Program-made: the position numbers and the translations under genes | NCBI GenBank assembly: GCA_032718475.1 | Contig: JAUCBJ010009092.1 | Span: 1 to 64,000 of the forward strand | Source of the DNA: Nemertoderma westbladi | Taxonomy: Eukaryota > Animalia > Xenacoelomorpha | DNA length: 64,000 nt | Direction: 5' to 3' | Shown here: piece after piece, positions 13,993 through 24,615 of the stretch | Layout: the number at the start of each line of letters is the position of its first letter | Numbering within the stretch: the first letter of the stretch is position 1 | The notes under the pieces: model-generated | Seen by the model: only the letters and a program-made list of their open reading frames with translations | Told to the model about the DNA's origin: nothing | Databases searched by the model: none

Positions 13993-14249
13993 TTTTTGAT
14001 ATTTATATGTTGGCGCGAGATCCCGACCGGTTGACTTTGTGGTGGTTGTTCCTACACGCACGCTGGCTGACTGATGGATGGACTGACTTGGCCCTAGGCG
14101 GTGAATAAAGAGTTTGTCTGTTGAACTTTGCTGTTGTTAATCGATTGACAATATACTGATGAATAGTTACCGGTAGTGGCAACAGCACAGCGTAGCAGCG
14201 GAAACTGTTTCACCTCTACTATAATGAGTAAAATTCCAACTGGTTGGAA

Positions 14250-14290
14250 TACACGTAACCGTTAATATAATATATTAACGGTTACGTGTA
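14250..14290. repeat. Perfect inverted repeat, 20-bp arms, 1-nt loop
   Basis: tacacgtaaccgttaatata-a-tatattaacggttacgtgta. Confidence 0.95.
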
Positions 14291-14295
14291 CGTGT

Positions 14296-14546
14296 AAGGT
14301 CTAAGGGAGGTAGATCCATGGGGTGGTAAGTAGCCAATGGGAGGCCAGCACATGGCAATGAGTGTATCGGTTGGAGGCCAATAACGTGTCAGCCTATTAG
14401 GCTGTAATTTCCCCTTTAAATATTAAAGGGGAAATTACAGCCTAATAGGCTGACACGTTATTGGCCTCCAACCGATACACTCATTGCCATGTGCTGGCCT
14501 CCCATTGGCTACTTACCACCCCATGGATCTACCTCCCTTAGACCTT
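14296..14546. repeat. Long palindrome, 124-bp arms, 3-nt loop
   Basis: 14296-14419 is the reverse complement of 14423-14546. The centre reads cccctttaa-ata-ttaaagggg. Confidence 0.95.
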
Positions 14547-15249
14547 TGGTTAGCCTCTACCCACTGAGGTGGATTGTTCGCCATGTTGGGTACCTTGATA
14601 GCCAACGTGGTAAATTGCCCCCCCCCCCCCCCCCCCCCCCCATTTTGTGGTTGGAATGCATAGCGGAATGGATCCGCTAACACAAAATTTGTAACTCCTA
14701 ACTGCAACCATAATACTTATTCCTTAAAATTTTAGTTTCTCCTGCTTAGTTTCTTCTTATTTATGAATGACAATTGTCTCAATAGGTAAATATACCCATG
14801 CAGGTTAACTTATTATTGTTGCTATGTAAAACATCTGTCGTTAAGATAAATAGTGTTCTAGAAAAAAATGCTCAATGCGGAGTATGTGAAATATAACATA
14901 ATTTCAAATGGCTTATACAAGTGAACACTTTCAGCAAAAAAAACTGCAGTCATACCCAATTTGAACGGTGGTCGCCACTGTCTACTTGACTATTAGGAGG
15001 AGGGAGATGAAACTAACTCTGTTTCAAATTTCATGCAATCTCATTTCGATTTGTGGGGAGGGGGGGCACGTACCTGAATTTTAGTATTATTGTTATTTTA
15101 ATTCGGTCAGTACCGACATAATGCACAGCTTAACATAATAAAATGTATAGCGTGGACAGAAATGTAGACGATAAATATAAAACAATTAAACATACTAAAA
15201 TTAATTTGATTCAACAAGGTGACTAGCTGGATGCCGAGATTCAATGTAA

Positions 15250-15760
15250 GAAGATCTCATTAGTTCGAAATTATATTGAAAGTTAATTTCATTAATGGAG
15301 TAACACTTTGCAAGGAAGACATAGTCTTCAGTATCTTTTAGAGATAGACTACCCTTGTTCAGCAGTGACACCAACCATTGAAGTTCAAAACAGTTGATTG
15401 AACACAGATGGCAGGTAGCATGACTTTCGTGCAGTTTCGTAGCAGCCACTGATACCAATGAAACGACCCCCACAGCTGGTTGACAGGAGATAACGTAAGA
15501 GTTATAGCATCCGTGGCTTTGGGCACATCTTTATTTATACGTTCGATCAGGTTGATACATTTAACAAAAGCTATTTGTGATACAGTGTTACAGCCCATGG
15601 CGAGTTTGAGTGTCGCATTACTAAGGTCGTTCCCACAGTTTAGGATGCTTCTCATTGACTTTCGTATCTGCCTGTCGAGTACACCAGTAGTCACAGATAA
15701 CGTAAGGGAGCTAAAGTAAAATTCAATACCATATTATGTAATGGCCTTCCAAAATATCGA
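15250..15760 (-). mobile_element. Possible old LINE RT C-terminal remnant
   Basis: Minus-strand YGIEF...LDRQIRKSMRSILNC...SNATL resembles the post-RT region of LINEs. The match is weak. Confidence 0.3.
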
Positions 15761-16131
15761 TACTGTTGAGAGGGAGTGTTGGCGCACTGTCCACGCCTCT
15801 TTGGTGAAAAATAGCTGAAAAATAGGTGAAAAATAGCTGAAGCAGATGAAATTCACTGTAAACAAACATGCAGCACTGACGATGACGACACTATATCCAT
15901 GGTGTATTGGCGTGAAGTTTTAGGAAGCCCTATTTTTAGACATAAAATTCGTCAACACTCTCTAAGTCTGTCATTAAGAAATCTGGTGAGACCAGCCAGG
16001 AACTAGCTTATATAGTTTAGAGATTTGATTATATTTCTACATACAGGCATTTTTATTGTATTTGAAGTAGTTATGTATTGCTTTACCCGGGGCGCCGGGT
16101 GTGTAATAATTAAATATTATTAATGTTGTAG

Positions 16132-16263
16132 TCACCTACAATATCAAAGACGTAATATTCCACTGGGCCGCTGAGAATGCAATCTCGAGAGAAGATATTG
16201 AACTTGCTCAGTTTACTATCGAAGGGATCAAGTACAAAGAATACACAGCAAAGTTCCCCGCAG
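16132..16263 (+). CDS. Cys-loop receptor (GABA-A/glycine family) exon: loop B to loop C of the ligand-binding domain
   Basis: gttgtag|TC...GCAG|gtaatt, 132 nt, phase 1-1. Encodes xTYNIKDVIFHWAAENAISREDIELAQFTIEGIKYKEYTAKFPAG, aligning with GABA-A beta YGYTTDDIEFYW...IELPQF...FATG. Confidence 0.9.
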
Positions 16264-17257
16264 GTAATTCGACTGTTGCTTGTTTTATTACCAATATTAT
16301 CCATTATTATTGAGTTATGTATTTGTATAATAACATGTGTGTGTTTATTTGAGGCAATATGATAACATAAGATAAATATTGAATAAGTCGCTTATTGTGA
16401 CCGAATTTTTGCATTCCATATTGTCCGGTTTGGAACTGCTGCAATCCCCTTAAAGTTCTTATCGTTTCATCCGATCGGATAGGTGTAATCCAGGAACATT
16501 GAGGTGATCGCTGCAATCCATTGCATGGTATGACAATACCAATGGATATGTAATGTGGCGATTATCTGACCAGAAACCAAGGCGGCCAGAATCCCAGTCA
16601 GACACTGACGTGTACACAGACGTTGTTTCTGTTAGACATTTGCCGTATTAATCTTTCACAGTTGAAATCCCCCCCAATTACTATTATATTACTGTGTGGG
16701 TATCCGTATCACGCTCGTGTGATTTTTATCTTGTGAAGTAGATTCTAGTGTTCTAATTAGTTACTGTACTGTATGTCCGATGTGATATGTATGTTATTTT
16801 AGTTATTGTAAATTGTGACAAGTTTACGCCACCTGATTAACTCCAAAAGTCTTCCTATTTGCCTTTCACACCTATCAGATTGTTCCACAGGTTTTTCACC
16901 ATAGATTATTCACCATTCTAAATGTCCCAATTTTTCATTAAAAATAAGTCTATTTAATTAGATCTATGATAAATTAGGCCGTTAACTGAAAACTTACAGA
17001 TTACAGGTATGGGACCGAATTATACACGACCACATTGTCATAGTATTCGACTGATGGGTCATGTGGTCTATCTCCCACAAACTCGGAGACATTGTCTTAG
17101 TGATAATTATCCGGACAGGATAGTCAAAAATGGATCGTACAGAAGGAATTATCCTAGATATAATTGCTGGGTCGAATTTTCGATTTGATATTGTGAGAAT
17201 GTGTTTTATTTTCTGGGAAATCTTGAAAAATCCCATGTCTATGCTGTTTTTTTTAAG

Positions 17258-17410
17258 GGATCTACAGTGGACTAGAGGCAGTGTTTATATTTAAGAGGAG
17301 TGTTGGATTCTACCTAATGCAGACATATGTTCCAGCCTTTTTGTGCGTCGTTATTTCCTGTGTTAGTTTCTGGATTAGAAGAGATGCAACGCCAGCCCGG
17401 GCAAGTTTAG
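17258..17410 (+). CDS. Cys-loop receptor exon: loop C, M1 and start of M2
   Basis: ttttaag|GG...TTAG|gtgagt, 153 nt, phase 1-1. Encodes GIYSGLEAVFIFKRSVGFYLMQTYVPAFLCVVISCVSFWIRRDATPARASLG, including the PAR anion-selectivity motif. Confidence 0.95.
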
Positions 17411-17524
17411 GTGAGTTCTGGAATAAAATTACACGTTGGATGAAGCTGTAATGCTGTAGTGTAGTAGTGTTATGGAAACTAGACTGTTAGGCGAGGAGGG
17501 AAGGAACAAGTATTTTTGGTGTTG

Positions 17525-17735
17525 TCGTGTTTCGGCAACTGATAGTAGCGTTAGAGCCGCGTTTCGGCAACTCGTAGTCGCGTTTCGGCAACATGGTAAC
17601 AAGGTTGTGTTTTTGCAACTGAGTGATGCATTTTCGAACTCATAGTTTCATTTCGGCAACTCATAGTTGCATTTTGGCAACTGTTAACAGGATGCGCTTA
17701 GGCAAACTGATAGATGCGTTTCGGCAACTTGTAAA
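17525..17735 (+). repeat. Cluster of degenerate CGTTTCGGCAACT motifs
   Basis: About nine spaced copies. A reverse-complement cluster (AGTTGCCGAAACG) lies at ~24020-24160. Confidence 0.65.
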
Positions 17736-18284
17736 CAAAGGCCAACTGGATACTGTATAGAGCCTACAGTATAGAGATAGGTGGAATCTCAACGTCACCA
17801 TCGCATTGTATTAACATAGGGCAGAGCAATTCAGTATTATTTATTACCTTTGCCTCATTATGTTTCCCATTATTCATTTTCATTCTACAATATTTTACCC
17901 GCGCCTACTCCAACACTACTTCGAGTTATATAGAAACTGATGATATTAATTCCATATATTGTCTACATATTATTCGATATATTATAAGTCTATTAATTCA
18001 ATCTGATATTATAATTCAATCTGATATTAATTCACACAGTACTGTTTATCTATTCCCCTTTTCAATTTTGGTTTTTCAACTCGCCTTCGACTCAGTAGAT
18101 AGAATTTAGAATCCGACATATCTCAGGATCAGTTTGCGCCCAAAATGGAGAGCGTACAATGATTAGTTCTAATTTTAGGTTAGTTTGAGTAACACCTGTC
18201 CAGCGTCACGGACGGAACGTCACGGGTGGAAAAAAATTCTACATTTATATTATATGATTATATGATATATATATGATTTATTTT

Positions 18285-19159
18285 ACAGGAGCTAATAAAC
18301 CAACAGGTTGATGCCATCAATGATGCTGACGACAGCAGGCAATCATCCCAGGCATGGAAATCGATCAATCTGCTTACTGGTCGGAAAAGCCAACCAACCA
18401 CCAAGGTTAAGGCTGAATCACCAGCCGATCGCCTCAATGGTTGGAAAGCCCACTTTGAAAAGCTCCTCAATAATGACAGGGTATTGCCTGATAACTTTAT
18501 AGAAGTAAAAGTGTCTGAGTCTGTACTCCCAGATATTCTCATTGGCGATATCTCCTTTGCAGAAGTGAAGGCTGCTGCAAAGAGCATTAAGACCAATCGG
18601 GGCAGTGGAGTAGATGGTGTTCCCCCTGAGGTCTTTAAAATACCTGAGTGTTTAAAGCTCATCTATCCCATCATAGTAGACATGTACAGAACAACAAGAG
18701 GCCTACGAGAAATGAAAACAAATAAGTTGGTGCCAGTTCCCAATAAGGGCAACCTAACACTCTATGGTTCTTTTCGGGGATCTCATTAATCTCGATTGCT
18801 GCAATGCTATACAATAGAATTCTATTAAATCGCATCAGGGACCCATTGAGAGACTGCTCCGTGGAAATCAGAATGGGTTCCGTAAAGGTCGTGGGACCAT
18901 GGAGCCCATTTTGGCACTTAGAAGGATAATTTAAGAGTTATCAAAAAAGAAGGACAGGCATCTGGCTGTTATATTTGTTGACTTCTTCAAGGACTTTGAT
19001 TCAGTCTCTCGCTCACGTATGTTCAGCATACTTTCATTATATGGGATTCCTGATGAAATTATTCCAGCAATCAGATCAGTATACGATGGTTCGACAACAT
19101 TTGTGTCTACTGTTGATGGTGACACAGAACCATTTTAAGTGTTATGGGGCATCCTCCGG
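18285..19159 (+). mobile_element. RTE LINE copy A, 5' part (pre-RT to RT motif), split by insertion
   Basis: Reads QELINQQ...GVDGVPPE...PVPNKGNL...NQNGFRKGR...FVDF.K.FDSV and breaks at GGGCATCCTCCGG (19147-19159). Confidence 0.9.
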
Positions 19160-22100
19160 ATACTAGGATGGCATGCTGCATTGCAGCTGCATTTTTAAGA
19201 ATGCTGTGCCAGCTTATCGACAAAATTGCACCGCCACAATGCCCTATCACCCATGACATTTGCTAGATCATCCGCATCTTCAAGGCCAGTGTCCTTTAAG
19301 ATGCGTCTCAAGAAAGTCATGGGCTGTCCACCATGCTTATTCACTCCATGAGGCTGCCAAAGTACAAGATTATGCACTGGTTGGTCCTCACGGCGAAAGC
19401 AATGTCCTGCAAAGCGGAGGCGATTTTGTTCTAGTGTTCAATTCCATCAATAGAATCACAGCTCTGTGGAATATTCGAATTTTCTGGCCTCGATGTGCTC
19501 GATTCTTTTTTAATACCTACCGAGGTTACTCAATTCTGGTTCTCCATGGGCCTTCCGGAACTCTCCATTTACTCAGCAGAGAAGGGTTCACACAGGGAGA
19601 CCCTCTGTCAATGCTGGGATATGCTGTCGCTGTCTACCCCCTTATCCTAGAACTGAAATCTGACGAATATAATCAGGTATGGTTTGCAGATGATTCAGAG
19701 AACGTGGGCGAATTGATAAAGCTTCATTCGCATCATAAAGCGTGGACCATCCTATGGGTATTTCCCAGAGCCTGATAAAGGCACCCTTATCGTTGATAGT
19801 GGTGATGAGACAATTGCACGCCATTTATTCAGTGGACTCAGCATCAATGTGGACGGGAGTGGTGTGGTAAATGGTACCAGGACTCTGGGTGGATTCGTTG
19901 CTGATAACAGTCTCCTAAATCAGTATATATCTTCAAAGGTTTACAAGTGGGAGGCTGACATAGAACGCCTTGCAGAGATTGCCGTCAACCAACCACAAGC
20001 CGTCTACTCAGCCATAACACGCTCACTGCAATTTCAATGGGGATTTCTGCGAGTGATGCCATCTAGCACAAAGGAACTGTATACACAACACAAATAGAGA
20101 ACGCCTTGCATGACAAGTTCCTTCCAGCGATTATGGGTGGTTCAGTTTCCAATGTGGAACGGAAGCTGCTTTCCTTACCAGTAGGCAAAGGTGGCTTGGG
20201 AATCCCTGATCCGACTCAGACAGCAACTACCTCACTAGAGACTTCTCGATCCGCAATGCAAGTGGCATGTGAAGCAATCAAAAGTCGATCAGAAATTAAC
20301 TTTTATGAACATGGACGCTCCGTAAAGGAGGCACGGCAATCCCACTCCAAGCAGGCATGTGAACACGCCAACAACATCCTTGATTCGGTGCAGAACGAAT
20401 TACCCCCATCTCGTCGACGAGCAGTTGGAAGGGCCTCATCATCGACTTCGAGTTGGCTGACAGCACTTCCGCTCAAGTTACAAAACTTCGATCTGGCAGC
20501 CAATGAGTTTAGGGATGGTCTCAGTCTTCGCTATGGATGTCCTCTAGTTGGTGCCCCCACCAACTGTGGTGGCTGCGGTTCAGCATTCATGCTCTTGCAC
20601 GCCTTGGATTGCAAGAAGGGTGGTTTAGTAACATTGCGTCACAACGAGGTGCGAGATGCCCAGGGTGAGCTCTTTAGCCTGGTCTTCTCGGAGGCATCAG
20701 TAGAGAGAGAGCCCATCATCCGCTAGGCAGATGATCAACACAACATGGAAGGACTGCGAGGTGACTTATCTGTACGGGGATTCTGGCAGCAGCAGAGGAG
20801 GGCATTGTTTGATATTCGAGTTGTTGACTCTGACGCCCCCTCTTATGCTACCAGATCAGTACAGTAGCTATTGAGCAGCGCGGAAAGAGAGAAGAAAAAT
20901 AAATATCTGGAAGCTTGCGCACAACGTCAGGCTGACTTCTCCCCTTTGGATACCACAGTAGATGGCGTTCTGGGTACAGAGTACTCCATGGTCCTCCACC
21001 GCCTGGCTGAGTTCCTCAGTACCAAGTGGGATAAACCCTACTCCCAGGTAATGTGCTGGATCCGAACCAGACTGTCGTTTGCGACGCTGAGGGCCACCTG
21101 TGCCTGTTTTAGATCATCCAGGTCATGTTGGCGGTGCTCAGGTGTAATGTATGGAGCTGCACCACCTCGATTTACACTCGAGAACTAGACACTTCCTGCA
21201 GCTGGTATTGAATAATTTGAATTTTCAGGTTGTATAGTTTGCTGGGTTATCAACACTATTTTACTATAGCTATATATGTTTGTCTTCTGTCTTTCCTCCA
21301 CTTTTTGGCCATATTTCATTAATATTCTGTGCAGGTTATTGTTATTGTTATTTACCATGGAAATAATAACAAATTTTGTGTTTGTGAGTATAGTAGTTTT
21401 GTTCTAGTGTCAAGCTTGGGGGAACCAATGAGACACCTCCAATGTTATATAGTGTCTGGTTGGAGATGTGTGCATTGTACTTGACACAATGAACCCGGCG
21501 TAGCATTCTTGTGAATGTGCCATCCAGAGATTTGGTGTCCTCAGCAGTTAGAGCCCAGCATGGACTCCCATAGAGGAGTACTGGAACTACTGCTGCTCTA
21601 AATAATCGGACCTTAAGTTTCTGATTAATTCTCGTTGACTTCCAAATCCTGGAAAGCCTATTCAAGGCTGCCCATGCCTTTCCCTTACGTATTCGAAGGT
21701 CCTCACCTGACTTCCGGATCCATGATCCCAGGTAACAGAAGTCATCCACATGCTCAAGCATACCATCTGTTGAGCTTATGCTCATCCGATCAGAGACTTA
21801 CTGAGGACTTTCAAAATTAACTGTCAAAATTTTGGTCTTTCTGGAGTTAATAAAAAGACCAACACTAGAAACAGCATGTTCTAATGAGCTGAGGAGCCGT
21901 TGGGCCCCCTCTAGTGATTCTGAGAGTACTCCTAAGTCATCAGCAAAGTCTAGATCAGTTAGGTACTTGTCAGGATTTCCTCGACTTCTGGAGCCAGTAG
22001 GTGGAGATATCATCACCCCATCATCATTATGATGATCTAAGGACATGCGTAGAACATAGTCAACTACAATTATGAACAAGAATGGTGCAAGTGTGTCTCC

Positions 22101-22880
22101 CTGGAGGACGCCCCATAACACTTCAAATGGTTCTGTGTCACTGTCAACAGTAGACACAAATATTGTCGAACCATCCTATACTGATCTGATTGCTGCAATA
22201 CGATGCGATTTAATAGAATTCTATTGTATAGCTTTGCAGCAATCGAGATCAATGAGATTCCCCGAAAAGAACCATAGAGTGTTAGGTTGCCTTTCTTGGG
22301 AACTGGCACCAACTTATTTGTTTTCATTTCTTGTGGGACTCTTGTTGTTCGGTACATGTCTACTATGATGGGATAGATGAGCTTTAAACACTCAGGTATT
22401 TTAAAGACCTCAGGGGGAACACCATCTACTCCACTGGCACGATTGGTCTTAGTGCTCTTTGCAGCAGCCTTCACTTCTGCAAAGGAGATATCGCCAATGG
22501 GAATATCTGGGAGTACAGACTCAGACACTTTTACTTCTATAAAGTTATCAGGCAATACCCTGTCATTATTGTGGAGCTTTTCGAAGTGGGCCTTCCAACC
22601 ATTGAGGCGATCGGCTGGTGATTCAGCCTTAACCTTGGTGGTTGGTTGGCTTTTTCGACCAACAAGCAAGTTGATCAATCTCCATGCCTGGGATGATTGC
22701 CTGCTGTCGTCAGCATCATTGATGGCATCAACCTGTTGGTTTATTAGCTCCTGTAGATTAACAGAGTACTGCCTGTTCAGGGACCTAGATGCAGCCTTAA
22801 CTGCATTCTTGGCCGCTGTAGTCTGTTTGAGTCGGGACTCTTTCTGTGCCTTGTAGAGGTCATTTCGGCACTTCTGAATT
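19160..22880 (-). mobile_element. RTE LINE copy B inserted antisense into copy A, itself split by a CRE element
   Basis: The 3' end lies at 19160-19437 and the rest at 21397-22880 (QGDTLAPFLF, DLDFADD, internal deletion near 22200). Flanked by the 13-bp duplication GGGCATCCTCCGG (19147-19159 and 22881-22893). Confidence 0.9.
19438..21396 (+). mobile_element. 5'-truncated CRE-clade non-LTR retrotransposon (RT, CCHC finger, restriction-like endonuclease), degenerate
   Basis: Motifs QGDPLSML, WFADD, LPV.KGGLGI, C..CG...HALDCKKGG...RHNEVRD, RGDL.VRGFW, FDIRV.D.DA.SY and EREKK.KY. Flanked by the 14-bp duplication TTTTGTTCTAGTGT (19424-19437 and 21397-21410). Confidence 0.88.
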
Positions 22881-23853
22881 GGGCATCCTCCGGGGAGACA
22901 CACTTGCACCATTCATGTTCATAATTGTGGTTGACTATGTTCTACGCATGTCCTTAGATCATCATAATAATGATGGGGTGATGATAACTCCACCTACTGG
23001 CTCCAGAAGTCGAGGAAATCCTGCCAAGTACCTAACTGATCTACACTTTGCTGATGACTTAGAAGTACTCTCAGAATTAATAGAGGGAGCCCAACGGCTC
23101 CTCAGCTCATTAGAACATGCTGCTTCTAGTGTTGGTCTTTTTATTAACTCCAGAAAGACCAAAATTTTGACAGTTGACTTTGAAAGTCCTCAGCAAGTCT
23201 CTGATCGGATGAGCACAAGCTCAAAGGATTGTATGCTTGAGCACGTGGACGACTTCTGTTACCTGTGATCATGGATCCGGAAGTCAGGTGAGGACCTTCG
23301 AATACGTAAGGGAAAGGCATGGGCAGCCTTGAATAGGCTTTCCAGGATTTGGAAGTCACCGAGAATTAATCGGAAACTTAAGGTCTGATTATTTAGAGCA
23401 GCAGTAGTTCCAGTACTCCTCTGCTGCTCTCTAACTGCTGAGGACACCAAATCTCTGGATGGCACATTCACAAGAATGCTACGCCGGGTTCATTGTGTCA
23501 AGTACAATGCACACATCTCCAATCAGACACTATATAACATTGGAGGTATCTCATTGGTTCCCCCAAGCTTGACACTAGAACAAAATCGCCTCCGCTTTGC
23601 AGGACATTGCTTTCGCCGCGAGGACCAGCCAGTACATAATCTTGTACTTTGGCAGCCTCATGGAGTGAATAAGCATGGTGGACAGCCCATGACTTTCTTG
23701 AGACGCATCTTAAAGGACACTCGCATTGAAGATGCGGATGATCTAGCAAATGTCATGGGTGATAGGGAGTTGTGGCGGCGCAATTTTGTTGACAAGCCGG
23801 CACAGCACTCTTAAAAATGCAGCTGCAATGCAGCATGCCGATCCTAGTAGTAG
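22881..23853 (+). mobile_element. RTE LINE copy A, 3' part with (TAG)n tail
   Basis: Resumes exactly at GILRGDTLAP, continues through FADD and RLRFAGHC, and ends in tagtagtag. Confidence 0.9.
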
Positions 23854-24318
23854 TGTCCAGCGTCACGGACGGAACGTCACGGGTGGAAAAAAATTATACA
23901 TTTATCAATCTGACCACAAAATCATATTTTATCACTGCCATATGTGCAAACCGGCAATGTACACATATAAATGACCAATTAACAACTCTGCCGTCAATAA
24001 CTATAGGGTTTGTGACCTATTTGCCGAAACGCAACTTCAGTTAGCCGAAATGCAACTACGAGTTGCCGAAACACAACCATAGCAGTTGGTGAAACGTAAT
24101 TGTTTAGTTGCCGAAACGCGAATTTCAGTTGCCTAAACGTGACAGTTGCCGAAACGCGACGTAACCGTATTTTTAGAGCGCACAGATATATATATTTATA
24201 CTTAGATATAAGACACAACTATTCAGTATTGTATACAACTGGTTTCCACACCGTACAGTTATATTTTGGTTTTTATTAATTATTATTCTATATAGATACC
24301 TATATATATATCAATAAC

Positions 24319-24553
24319 GGCGGGGTAGCTCATTTGGTTGAGCGCCGGGCCTGCAATCTATTGGTTGTAGGTTCAGCCCCGCCAGGGTCCACTCAGCCTT
24401 TCATCCACTGGGGTCGATAAAATGAGTACCAGTTAATTAACTGGGAGCAAATCTTGGGATAGGAGTAGCGCCCACCCCTACCCTCGGGTAGCAGCTATCG
24501 AAAGAGGAGCCTTCGGGTCGCCTCCGGCTTCGGCCGACTGTTTGCTTTGCTTG
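24319..24553 (+). mobile_element. tRNA-derived SINE, compact (unexpanded) copy
   Basis: Pol III-type head GGCGGGGTAGCTCATTTGGTTGAGCG...GGTTCAGCCCC, central ACTCAGCCTTTCATCC...AAAATGAGTACCAG, a single 36-bp unit, UUCG hairpins and a tttgc tail. Confidence 0.9.
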
Positions 24554-24615
24554 ATATATCAATGAGATAAATTCGTAGTCATAAATCGAAAGGATTTCTG
24601 CGCTAACTCCATCCA

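Noticed and set aside
16177-16362. 61-aa ORF with a hydrophobic tail
   Set aside because: It is the wrong frame of the real receptor exon running into intron.
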